From Chrysomallon squamiferum (Eukaryota; Animalia; Mollusca), in the NCBI GenBank assembly GCA_012295275.1, contig CM022669.1, forward strand, positions 12,152,001 through 12,216,000: a stretch of 64,000 bases of DNA, in the 5' to 3' direction. The notes beneath the pieces are model-generated. The model worked only from the letters and a program-made list of their open reading frames with translations. It was not told where the DNA came from and did not search any database. Positions 37,938 through 49,760 of this stretch are shown piece by piece (positions within the stretch are counted from its first letter, which is position 1; each line of letters begins with the position of its first letter). The position numbers were made by a program, and so were the translations under genes.

Positions 37938-39244
37938 AAGAAGAAAAAAAAAATAAAATATAGATAAATAATTTTAGATAGTTTATTGGCTAAATTTTAT
38001 TTTAGCCAGGAAAACTAAGGATTAAAACAACTTTGTACAGTAGGTAAATGGATATATATTCAAATATTTTCTACATAAAGGGCTGTAACAAATAGTATTA
38101 CCTCTATATCTTTTAGTTCGAGACATGACACCGTGTATTCTTCATATACATCTTTCTTCTTTAAAACAATAATGTAATCTCCACACCTCTTCAGAGGATC
38201 ATTTTCACTGTCTGGCCAGTATGCTGCACATTTTGGCTGAAAAAAAACAACCAATAATAATAATTATTATCATTTAGATTTTTTTCTGTCCATGATGAAA
38301 GTAAATAATTACAAAGGTAAATTCTAAAATTTTGATATATATATATATTTTTTATTTTTTTTGGTTTCACTGCAATTTTGCGATTTTAGCTTTTGCGACA
38401 GGAACATTTGAAAAATTTGTGTATTACTAATTACTCTAAATTTATGTTTAAAAAGTTTACTTATACATTCTTGTTCAATATTTATAAATAGTTTAGTTCA
38501 AAACCAGTACTCAAATATTGCTCAAAAGTGATATGTCAAAACACCAGAACATCTGCTGAAAAATAAGTCATGTGTACATTAGTGATGTCTAAAAGCAATA
38601 AATTAATACACAGTAGTCCTTAAAAATGGATGCTTGTATGTTTGTATAGTGCTACTCAAAACTGATAAACTCAAACACAATAATTCTGCTCAAAATGGAA
38701 ACTCACATGCTTGTGTAATGCTGCTCAAAACTGATAAAGAAAAAGTCAGTATTTCTGTTCAAAATGGGATACTCACGTTCATATAATACTGCTCAAAACT
38801 GACAAACCAAAAACTCTGTATTTTTCTGCTAAAAATTTCTTGTTTGGATACTCATGTTTGTGTAATTCTGCTCAAAATGAAACTGATAAACCATAACTCA
38901 GTATTTCTGCTCAAAATGGATACTCACATGACCATGTTCATCCATTGCAGTAAGCATGATTATGACGCGACACTGCTGTTCCCAGACCATTCTCCAGAAA
39001 TCATGTATTGTGTTTGTCATTGGCGCCTGTGTTGCTATGTAGGCTCTCTTGTCATCTTCGTAACCCTGAAAATACATTTACAAAGATTTCTTTAACTGAA
39101 ACCATGAAATTATGAGTCATCTCAGAATCACAGAACAAAATACACTCAACACTTTGAGAAAAACTGATATTCTCTATGATTAAAATTTTAAACACATTAA
39201 TCCATATAATCCTAATTTCCTGAAAGGCTAGATTAGAAAAACTA

Positions 39245-39286
<42 letters not shown>

Positions 39287-41008
39287 CATAATATAAAGAA
39301 AAAACTTTAGTTTAATTATACAATTTTTTCTGGTTTGTTTTAATTACTTATTCACAGTCAAACAAATTATTTTGACTTTTTACTAACTCAAGTCTTGTAT
39401 GATACTATTATCTGAAATCATAAACATTTATGCTGGACATTTAAAATTAATTATGAGCTTTTCAATAATAAAATTTCAACACTGATCTAAAAGATTTAAT
39501 TTATTCACCTAATTTAAAAATGTTGGTTAAAACACAGTTCATTATATTTCGATATATGTCAGATTCAACAATTTGTTTAATCCCCAAATATGCTTTTTTT
39601 TTTTTTTTTTTCTTGAACTAAAAATTCCAGACACAAATCTCATTATGACTGGACTAACAGGATTGTCATATAAATAAATCAATGAATTTTTTTTATTATT
39701 ATTATTATTTTTTTTTTTTATAGAAACAAATATTTAGTTGCCATGGAAACTCACTGTGATGTAGTTAGCATTGATGTAGTCTGAAACTGGCTGACCTTCA
39801 AGCTTTTTTAACCTCACCCTGGTGTGTGGAACTTGAAAATGAAAGTAAACAGATTTTATTAAATTTAACAAATATAAGGTCCGTATAAGAAAAAGGAAAG
39901 TAACACAATTTAATTTAATTTAACAAATATAAGGTCCATATAAGATGCAGTTAGGTTTTTTTTTTTTTTAGTTTTGATGATATATAAAAGAAGTAATAAT
40001 CAAAATAATTTATACAGATAGATAGATATATAGACAGATAGAGAGGAAGATAGGTGACAATGTGAATAAAACTTAATTACTTCTAAATTTGGTCTTCTTT
40101 TTTTTTTTTTTTTTTTTTTTATAAACCTAATTCCGTTTATCATAATGTTAAATGAAATAATTTACTAAGAAAATATTAATTATTTTTATCATAATGTTAA
40201 TAAAAATAATTTACTAAAAAATATATTAATTTACTTATTTAAAATATATATTTATTTATTTAATTAAAGCTAATTTTTTTATTTATACTAAACAAAAAAA
40301 TTATATATGATAAGCAATTAATAGCTATACCTTTAATATATTTATTTTTACTAAGCTAATTTCTTATGTCATCTTACTTATTATTTTTATATTACTATAT
40401 TAAATGAAAACATCACATGATAAAAACTTACTAGGTGTGTATCTAATTTATTTATTTTAATAAAACAAGTATATTTTTATATTATTTTACTAAATTTTAC
40501 TAAGTCTATTACACTTTTGTAGCAACTTACTAGGAATAACATTAGCATATCTATTTTTATCTTCTGCACCAGGTGGGACAGTTGACAGTCGTGGAGTGTA
40601 GTTCGGAATAGTTTGGAACTCTTCATAAAGGGAGGTAACATCCAGGCACTTATTGGCCAAGGCTGTTAAAGTGAGGGGAACTGAAGGTTCTATCTGTAAT
40701 GTTAAAAAAATAACAATATAATTAAGCAGCTCAGTTATAGAATATTATTTACTTTTGCTGTTGATTAATTACCATATACATGTTAGTCTATTTCCATTCT
40801 TTGCTAAAAGATTATAGAACTGTGTAACCTTTTCTGTAATTACTATATATATATATATTTTTTTTTTACATATTTTAAAATAATATTTTACAACAGATTT
40901 CTAACAACTTTTTCAAATAATGTGATATATATAAATATATATATATATATAATTTAAACATTACATTCTTATTTATATTTTTTCTCATGGAATTTGAATT
41001 AAAACCAA

Positions 41009-41045
<37 letters not shown>

Positions 41046-44000
41046 GAAACACCAAAAAAATAAAAATAAAGAAAAATTCAGAATTTATATAATCAAGTAT
41101 CCATACCAATAAAAAACTACAATATCACTAAATTATATATATGTATATATATATATATAATAAAAGACAAATATTTAAGACACTGAATTTTAAATATTTA
41201 TCATTTTTCCTTAAATTATGATTTTCTCCGTGGTTACTAACAAAGCACTCCAATGAACGAGACTGACCAGTGAAGTGAGGTCCAAGCCGGGGTTGATAAG
41301 TCCACTGTTTGGTCTGGCCTTGTTCACAGAGCCAAGAGCTATTGAGTCTGTGCTGGTGAAGGAACAGTGACGAGAGCTTGAGGGAAAACTCTGAGTGGTT
41401 TTTGCATACCTCCTCCGAATTATCACCTGAAATTTAATTACTTCCTGAACACTGAAACTGTTTTGTCAGTGCAGTAGAAAATTCCAAAAATAAGAGAGCC
41501 ATATTAAAGTTTGTATTTTAAATTTTTTTGTTTCTCTTTAAGGTAAAGCATATTACAGCTATCTATCTATCTGTCTGTCTGTCTGTCTATATATATATAT
41601 AGACACACACACAAACACACTCAGCACACATATACGGACACTCAAACAGACACACACATATATACACATCAGACACATATATAAACATCAGACACATATA
41701 TACACATCAGACACATATATACACATCAGACACATATATACACATCAGACACATATATACACATCAGACATATATATACACATCATATGAACTATGCAGA
41801 ACATGACATACTGCCAATAACGTAATCATGTTTAAATAATGATGAATATTTTCTGGCTGTAATAAATACAAAGCTAGTATAACCATATATGAGCCATACC
41901 CCTACAAAACTAGTATGACCATATATTAGCAGTGTCTCCAAAACTAGTATAACCATATATTAGCAGTGTCTCCAAAACTAGTATAACCATATATGAGCCA
42001 TACCCCTACAAAACTAGTATGACCATATATTAGCTGTTCCTACAAAACTAGTATAACCATACATTAGCAATACCTACAAAACTAGTATAACCATACATGA
42101 ACAATATCTACAAAACTAGTATAACCATACATGAACAATACCTACAAAACTAGTATAACCATACATGAACAATACCTACAAAACTAGTAGAAGCATACAT
42201 CAGCAGCATCTACAAAACTAGTAGAAGCATACATTAGCAATATCTACAAAACTAGTAGAAGCATACATTAACAATATCTACAAAACTAGTAGAAGCATAC
42301 ATTAGCAACATCTACAAAACTAGTAGAAGCATACATTAACAATATCTACAAAACTAGTATAACCACACATTAACAATATCTACAAAATTAGTAGAAGCAT
42401 ACATTAGCAACATCTACAAAACTAGTAGAAGCATACATTAGCAACATTTACAATGTCCTCTGCACATCTCATACCTGGAGCATGATGAGAGAAATGCAGC
42501 ACAGTCCTCCAACAGATGCAATCACAATGGCTATGATAATACCTGGCTCTGTTGCAAGTCCTTCTTTCTCATTAGGGGGCGTTGCAAGTTCCAGTGGCCT
42601 GTTCAGACTTACCTCCATGAGCTGGCAAAAGAAAATATTGCTTGTTAAATGTAATTTGATGTCCTTAATAGTAGTGTCTGGTAATGATAATGATCATGAT
42701 AATAATAACAATAATAATGATGATAATATATATATTTTTTTTACACTTAAAGTTAAAATATATAATAATAATAATAATAATGCTATTTCAAATAAGAAGA
42801 TGACATAATTGTAATGATAGTAACAGTAATAGAAACAGTTGTGGCAATAGCAGTAAAGGTAGTATTAGCAGTAACAGAGTAGTATTAAAATTATTATTAA
42901 TATTAGTGGTATTAGTATTAGTATTGATAGCAGTAGTAGTTGTAATAGTAGCAGAAGCAGTGGTAGTAATAACAATGATATGATATGATAGTACTGAACA
43001 TAATCATAATAATCATGAATAAACATTACTATAAGTGAAAAAAAGAAATATCTAAACTCACCTTGTCTTTGAAATAAGATTTCTTTCTGTCGCTAAACCC
43101 TCTGAATATGACTTTACAGCATGTAATGGTCAGTGTGATGTCATACTGGCCCCTGATGTTCACTAGGTACATTTTCAAATCAATGTCTTCAGCCAGATTC
43201 ACAGGACTTAAGATGTTGACACAGTCGGGAATGTTTATGTTAACAAACATAATCTGCCTTGTTTCAATGTCGCATTGAGCATGTTTCCGGAAAATGTCCA
43301 CCAGCTCCAGACGGAATTTGCTTTCTTTGACACAAAACTCGTTCCAAGTCATGTGCAGTTTCACAGTGGCAAACACTGGGGGTTGGTATACTGGTGTGGG
43401 ACGCCATTTTTCTGTTATCTGTGAGCTAGACTGACCAGAAGTTGTATTTCCAGCTGAAACTGTTCTTAAGTTACTGGTAACAGCTATTACAGGAGCTGTT
43501 ATAGTTGTAACTGGTGATGCAGATGAACCTGTAGATGAGGTTGACTGGTGTGGTCTGGCTGAAGTGTGAAAAGGAAGAGCTGGATGTGGAATGGATGTCT
43601 TTCTTGTAGTTTCGGTTCTTGGACTTGTGGATGATGTTGACATCCTAGATCCATGTGTGGACTGAGTTACACTGCGTGGAAGTGTTGTAAATATCCTCTG
43701 CGTGATGACAACAGGAGTTGTCTGTCTTGAATGGTTAAGAACTGATGTTGGTGCAGCAACAGAAGCTGTAGGTGAAGTTCTAGCAGAAATGGTTGTTGAG
43801 TGAATTCTGGAATCATTTTCATGAATTGTAGAATTACGTCTTGCTGTCCCTGTCTGAGGATTAGCAGTTGTCAAGGGTAATTTTGTACTTTTCAAATGAT
43901 GTGCATTATGAGTCGTGGGAAGATTCAAAGTGTTCAGTCTGGTTCCTGCACTTGTAGGATAACTTGATCTTGTTGACTGTGTTGTCATCACTCTTCTGTG

Positions 44001-45986
44001 CAAAATAGTTGACAAAAGTCTTGTGGGTTCGGCTGTCCTTTTTCCATTAGATTTCTCAGTGGTTGGGGTCACAGTGGTGTTGTTTCTTGATTCATTGTAT
44101 TTTTTTGTTGTTGGCAAGGGCAGTGCTGCATGGGCACTGGTGGTGTTTTCATGAATGACTATTTCATGTGTCACTGATGGAAGTGACACCACTTCACCAG
44201 TTAAAAGACTGGTCCTTAAAGCTCTCAGAGTTGAAGAAACAGTTGGTTGTGTCCTCCATACTGAAGAAATATTTGACCTTGATGAACCAGATGCTGCAGG
44301 TTGAGTTGCTGGATATTGTGATTCTCCTGTTAAGGTAGTTGATCTCAAAGTTGAAGATCCAGATTTTCTAGCTGTTGTATTTGATCCAGAAGATGTTGAT
44401 GCCCTGTTTCCTGTTGCTGATGATCTACTTTGTGATGTTGCTGCTGTTGTATAACCAGGTTGATGTTCTGCAGTGTGAAAGGGAGCAACAGAGGCAGTTA
44501 CATAATGGACAGAAGAAGCAGACATATAGTACTGGGACGATTCTGTCAAACTCTTGCTGGGACTGATGATCTCTTCAGGGACAATTCTGGTTGATGAAAC
44601 CAAATTTTCTAACAAGCTAATGTCTGAAGAAATCTTTCTGTCTTTGTTCAATGAGGAGTCCTGCTTCCCTAATACTGTGTGGTCAAGATTTCCAAATACA
44701 GAGGATGGATGAACTGTCACAATTTCTGATATCCAAGGAGTTTCCTGATGAATGCTGGGAAGATTTTGATTTAGCATAGTTGTCTGCAAACTGCTGCTGG
44801 ACATTTCACTGTAAGAGCTTAGAAGTTCATGAGTTGTCTGCTCTTGAACACTGGTGGCTGGCACTGTAGGAGTGGGTGTTATTTGTCTAACAGTGACAGG
44901 TAGTAACTCAGTGGGTTCAACTGCTTCTGTTTCCATTGGTTTTGTCGACTTTAAATGTGTCATTACATCATTACCAAGATACTGAGGTTCACTGGCGTTT
45001 TCTGGAACTTGTGCCACTCCATGGCTATGTTGCTGTGATTCATTCTGATTACCATGGTTATTACCATGTTCTGGATTTTCAACAGGCTCCAAATGTTCTT
45101 CTTCTCTGTGATGGAAAGCAGGCATATCAGGAACTACATGACTGTGCTCATTACTCTGAGCATTTTCTCTCTCTCCTGGTTCAGTCTGTTCATTACGATT
45201 GTCATGGAAACCAGACTGAACATGCTCATTTTGATTCCCGTTCACATCAGGAATGTATGGAATGCCACCTGGAGCCAGATCGCCATTTTCACTAGAACTC
45301 TGTGATGTTTCTCCTGTTTCTATGGATCCATCATGTCTACTGCCATGGGAGTCAGGTTCCAGATGTTCATCTGTGTCAGTATCAGTAAGGATGGGAATTT
45401 CTCCTGGTCGCTCTTCTTCATTTTCATCGTGGTTGTTTACTAGATCATCGAGCCTAACACTGTTGTCAGTGCCACCATCTAAATTCTGGTTCTCTTCACT
45501 AGGCACACCATTGTTGTTTTCTTCAGAACTTACAGGTTCATTTTCATGGTTCCAAAAATCTCTAGGTCCATTATCACTGGTCTGAAAACCTCCTGGTTCA
45601 TTACCATTGGACTGAAATCCTGTTGGTTCATTTTCAAGAGACCGAAAATCAGGTACATTGGGGATTTGTTCTGGTTCCACCAACTGGTCACCATTTGAAT
45701 TGGAATCAGGGATTTCTGGGAGGTTTTCCTCTACACCTTGGTCTAGTTCATTGTTGCCACTGTCATGAACAAATCCTAGCTCCAGATGGCTTCTGTTTTG
45801 GTGACTTCTGTCCATTGGTTCATTGCTATGGTTACTGTTCATTTCATGATGAAAGTCATTTTGTTCACCAGAAACCTGTCGTTTAGCCAGGTTTTTGGAA
45901 AAACCATCAACATTATCAACCTGTGAATAAATAAATAAATAAATAAACTGATAGTAGACACATGAATGTTCTTAGGTGGGTTTGTT

Positions 45987-46033
<47 letters not shown>

Positions 46034-47405
46034 TATTTATTATTTTATTTTAAAACAGTCCCAAAAATTTAATGTTGTTAGAGAGGATATTTATATAAAT
46101 TATTGTTGTTTCACATTTCAGTAGCTCAAATTTTTCTTTTGTTGTTAAGGTTATTACATGTGTGTGTTTGTGTGTCTATGTAAAATAAAATAAAAAATAA
46201 AAAAAAATAAAAATAAATTACTTCAAAAAAAAATAATAAATAAATAAGTAAATAAATAAACAAAACAAACATTTTGTGAATATTTAAATATAAAAAAATT
46301 AAGATATAGAAGAAAAATTACTTTTAACAGAAATATTCACTGTAACATAATATAACAGCAAAATTTTTCAAAATCTCATACAAACCTTGTTGTGAGGAAT
46401 TGTGTGTTCAGATAAACTTCTTTTGATAAAGTTATGGACAACCATTGTGCTCACTGTCTCAGTTTGTAACCCAAAACATATCACTGGAAAATGAAAATAA
46501 AATATTTAACAATTTATAGAATAACAATAATAATAATAATAATAATAATTGTTGCAGTATTGACTATAGTTGTAATATTAAACAAATTTTTTTTTTTTAA
46601 ATCAAAATTTAAGATAAATTATAAAAATAAATATTTTAAATAATTGTAAAAATAAACATTTAAAAAAAATTTAATAATGAATATTTTAAAATAAATTTTA
46701 AAAAGAATAAAAACAAATTTATAAAATGTACATATTAAACTATTTTGAAAGTAAATATTTAAAATATATTTGAAGATGAATATTCAATATAATTTTAAAA
46801 TAATATTAAAATAAATATCTAAAACATATTTAAAAATATATATTTAAATAATTAATATAAGTTTAAGAATGAATATTTCAATTTACATTTTAAAATAATG
46901 TTAAAAGTAAATATTAAAAATGATTTTAAATATGAATATTTAAAATAATTTGAAAAAAAATGAATATTAAAGATAAATTTAAAAACAAATATTTAAAATA
47001 AATATTTAACACAAAATCTAAAATGAATTTTTTTAAAATTGAAAAATTAACATTTTAAAGCATTTTTTGAAAATGAATATTTAAAATGAATATTTTGCTA
47101 AAGAAGATATGAATATTTATTTTAAATAAAATAAATGAATATTTCTAAAACTTTTAAAAATGAATATTTAAAAAAAATTTTTAAACTGACTATTTTAAAT
47201 TAATTTTGAAATGAATATATTAAAATAAAATTAAAAATGAATATTTTAAATTAATTTTTGAAATGAATAAATTAAACTAATTTAAAAAAATGGATGTTAT
47301 TTAAATAATTTTAAGAAATAAATATTTTAGATTGATTTAAAAAATATAGATTTTAAATAATTTACCTAATATTGCCAATCTAATTTTCCACTTTATTCTA
47401 TCCAT
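35705..47405 (-). CDS. Receptor-type protein tyrosine phosphatase-like protein, single PTP domain, probable pseudophosphatase; complement(join(35705..35788,36401..36560,37507..37652,38102..38236,38928..39065,39755..39831,40531..40693,41268..41426,42475..42621,43062..45920,46386..46483,47366..47405)), 1401 aa
   Basis: Twelve GT-AG exons sum to 4206 nt in frame. Signal-peptide-like start ([20 protein letters not shown]), large ectodomain exon, TM segment ([26 protein letters not shown]) followed by RRRY, then classical PTP motifs [51 protein letters not shown]. The domain resembles the PTPRR/PTPN5/PTPN7 group, but orthology is not established. Confidence 0.88.
36401..36560 (-). CDS. PTP domain exon ([10 protein letters not shown]...[11 protein letters not shown])
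   Basis: GRTG and Q-loop motifs; ATG|gtgagc donor. Confidence 0.92.
37507..37652 (-). CDS. PTP domain exon ([18 protein letters not shown]...PLIVHC)
   Basis: WPD-loop equivalent and start of the P-loop; CAG|gtaaat donor. Confidence 0.92.
37881..37945. repeat. (AAG)n microsatellite
   Basis: Read directly. Confidence 0.95.
38102..38236 (-). CDS. PTP domain exon (PKCAAYWP...LELKDIE)
   Basis: KCxxYWP motif; ttttcag acceptor, GAG|gtaata donor. Confidence 0.9.
38610..38930. repeat. ~68-bp degenerate minisatellite, ~5 copies, abutting a PTP splice donor
   Basis: Repeating ctgctcaaaatgga.actcac...ctgctcaaaactgataaa units. Confidence 0.8.
38928..39065 (-). CDS. PTP domain exon ([30 protein letters not shown]...)
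   Basis: YIATQ and DFWRMVW motifs; CAT|gtgagt donor. Confidence 0.92.
39755..39831 (-). CDS. PTP domain exon (PHTRVRL...[10 protein letters not shown])
   Basis: DYINANY motif; ACA|gtgagt donor. Confidence 0.9.
40531..40693 (-). CDS. PTP domain exon (...[10 protein letters not shown]...[10 protein letters not shown])
   Basis: KNRY motif; ttacag acceptor, CTA|gtaagt donor. Confidence 0.9.
41268..41426 (-). CDS. PTP gene juxtamembrane exon (VIIRRRYAK...GLDLTSL)
   Basis: tttcag acceptor, CTG|gtcagt donor; basic stop-transfer residues. Confidence 0.8.
41655..41786. repeat. 19-bp minisatellite (acacatcagacacatatat), ~7 copies
   Basis: catcag recurs at 41667, 41686, 41705 and onward. Confidence 0.9.
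41866..42452. repeat. 34-bp minisatellite, 17 copies (tacaaaactagta(t/g)aa(c/g)catacattagcaatatc-like)
   Basis: The ctag core recurs every 34 bp (twice 36) from 41874 to 42422. Confidence 0.95.
42475..42621 (-). CDS. PTP gene transmembrane exon
   Basis: ttttgccag acceptor, CAG|gtatga donor; hydrophobic [21 protein letters not shown]. Confidence 0.88.
43062..45920 (-). CDS. PTP gene 2859-nt ectodomain exon: acidic E/N/H-rich region, Ser/Thr mucin stalk, Cys-containing juxtamembrane domain
   Basis: ORF 43029..45842 extended in frame to the ttcacag acceptor at 45920; AAG|gtgagt donor at 43062. Confidence 0.9.
46386..46483 (-). CDS. PTP gene exon ([10 protein letters not shown]...[14 protein letters not shown])
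   Basis: ttttccag acceptor, AAG|gtttgt donor, phase 1/0. Confidence 0.72.
46600..47360. repeat. Extremely AT-rich degenerate repeat with aaatgaatatttaaaa cores
   Basis: Many (g/a)aatattt(t)aaaat cores. Confidence 0.6.
47366..47405 (-). CDS. PTP gene first coding segment ([13 protein letters not shown]); exon acceptor near 47510
   Basis: ATG at 47405, TAG|gtaaat donor; phase 1 joins the next exon to complete a signal-peptide-like sequence. Confidence 0.65.
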
Positions 47406-48953
47406 ACTGCTCCCAATTGATACAGTCAGCTGTGCAAAAGAAAATTTCCTTATTTCTTTTATTTTTCCACTTTTGTTTCTTTAGTTCAACATCAGAAAAT
47501 AAACTTGTTCCTGGAATAACAAAATATATATCAGTATTTATATATTATAATAAAAGTATTTGCTTTGTGATTATATACTGATTTTAATTTCTAAGCATGA
47601 ATTTTTAACTGAAGCAATGTTGTCAATTTTTAATTTTTTTTTACAAAATGCCAAATAGTAATCATTAATAAAAAACGTCATATAAAAAGACAGTTATTAT
47701 TATTATATATATGTTTTACTTTTAAACAATGGACAGATAGATGGATGAATGATGGACGAATGAACATCATGATGGTGCATAAAGTATTGAATAAAACATA
47801 CAGTATAGAATGTTTGGAATGAAACGGATGAAATGATGAATTTTATGTAGGATAAAAGTAATACTGACATAATGTATGTGTATAACTGACAACATAACAG
47901 AAAGATAACAGTATATGTAAGCTGATGAAATAAAAGAAACGTGAATATGTGTCAAATGAATAAAATTATGTATAATTATACTGAATAATGGAACCATGGA
48001 TAAATGGATAATCAGGGTTGCAAGAAAATGGACTGTCAGTTGGTTTCAAGGACAAATGTCAGATGAATGGACACACAAACAATGCATGTAAACAATCTCA
48101 CACAAACAAACAAAACACAAGACGTTTATACTGAAGGGCAAGAGCATATAACATGATACTGAGTGAAGTGACAGAGATTTCTTAGATATCAGACTGGAAA
48201 GGGGTCAGTGTGGCAATTTGAGAAGTACACCAGTCTAGTAAATGGTGTGTACCAGTCATGTGTCCATGACTCCATCTGGTTTTAATCAACACACTAATTA
48301 AACTGAGTTAATTAATCGTCTAGAAATAGTCTTATAAATAATCAGTTCGAAATAGTCTTATAAATTAAGTTACTTTATTTAAAGAGTAGTTTGATAACTT
48401 TCATTTAATTGTTGTTTGTCTCTCTCATTCTGTTACTGCTTAATTTTTACTATCTGTCTCTCTCTTTATAATTATTTCTATCTCATTGAATTTAAGCAAT
48501 TTAAAAAGAAATTAAATATTTTTAAAAAAATCTTTTGAAAATTTTATGTAAGTTAAGTTATGTATTTACAAATCTTCTATAACAATAAAAAAAATATATA
48601 TATATTCAGTACCTTTAAAACAAATAAATATACAACTGTTTAAAATAATGTAAAAAAAAAAAAAAAAATAAAAAATTCTTGAAAGAAAAATACATCAGAT
48701 AAATAGTGTTTTATTATCTAAAATATAGTTTTTATAATTTCAAAGCATATGTATTATGTGAGACAAATACATTTTAATTTTTCAAAATATTCAAATTCAT
48801 GCACTTTTAAAACTAAATAAGAGATTGTAAAATAAAAATAAATAAATGCATAGTGTTTTTAAAAACAAAAATGTACACACATGCATACACAGAGATATAT
48901 ATATATATTTAAAAATATATATTTACAATATAATATTATGCATCCTTGAAATA

Positions 48954-49008
<55 letters not shown>

Positions 49009-49659
49009 AGTGTGTGTGTGTAAAAATGCAGTAGATGAAAAATACTGTTTAAACATAAAATCTTATTTTTATATCTTTGAAACACCAGTAAATAATTTTG
49101 AAAATATCTGAATGTATCTTTGTATATATGCTTGCATATGTGTAATCATATTATTTAAATATTTTGTATCCTTGAAACATAAGTAAATAATTAAGAAAAT
49201 AAGAAAGACAGGATACATTTTTGAGTGTGTGTATATATGTATGCATGTTTTGGTGTGTGTGTGTTTGCTTATGTGCATATATGTATAAAGCAAATGCAAT
49301 ATATTTTTTAAAATTAATGTGTTATGTATCTATACACACACATACACACATACACGTATACGTACATTCATACATATATATATTTGTGTGTGCATATTGT
49401 GTGTGATATTAGTATGTATAAAGCAAATGCAATATATTTTTTTAAATAAACGTATTATGCAACTTTACACACACACACACACACACACACAAAAACACAC
49501 ACACATTTGTGTGTGCGCATGTGTATGTGAACCTATGATTATGAGGGTGCATGTGTAAGTATGTATAAAACGAATGCAATATATGATAATTTCATTAAAG
49601 CGTAACATATTTTGAAATAAAAATATGTAAACACATCAATAAATGCATTTTGAACTCAC

Positions 49660-49760
49660 CTATTTCAGACACGCCAAACACAGTAACATAACACTTCCTT
49701 CCTTACTCTGCCAAAGAGTTTCTCAAGACTGAAACTGATACCACCAAACTGAGTTAACAA
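49660..49760 (-). other. Candidate non-coding 5'UTR exon of the PTP gene
   Basis: Consensus TAG|gtgagt donor at 49660 bounding a higher-complexity patch. The ATG exon has an acceptor, so an upstream exon is needed. The 5' boundary is a guess. Confidence 0.3.

Noticed and set aside
40426-40436. Duplicate donor CCTA|GTAAGT 99 nt into the intron after the KNRY exon
   Set aside because: The extension contains an in-frame TAG and there is no other support; probably chance.
41268-41426. Naming the phosphatase PTPRR/PTPN5 or IA-2 (PTPRN)
   Set aside because: No kinase-interaction motif (LQERRGSNVSL-like) is visible, and IA-2 signature sequences (HCSDGAGR, WPAEG) are absent. The symbol is left blank pending phylogeny.
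41866-42452. CRISPR-like look of the regularly spaced 34-bp array
   Set aside because: The variable parts are short and related to one another rather than unique spacers; it lies in a eukaryotic intron with no cas genes. It is a minisatellite.
44375-45886. Plus-strand ORFs inside the large PTP exon (also 57141-57814 and 59404-59769 inside YTHDC2)
   Set aside because: Antisense or alternative-frame shadows of real coding exons, with no independent features.
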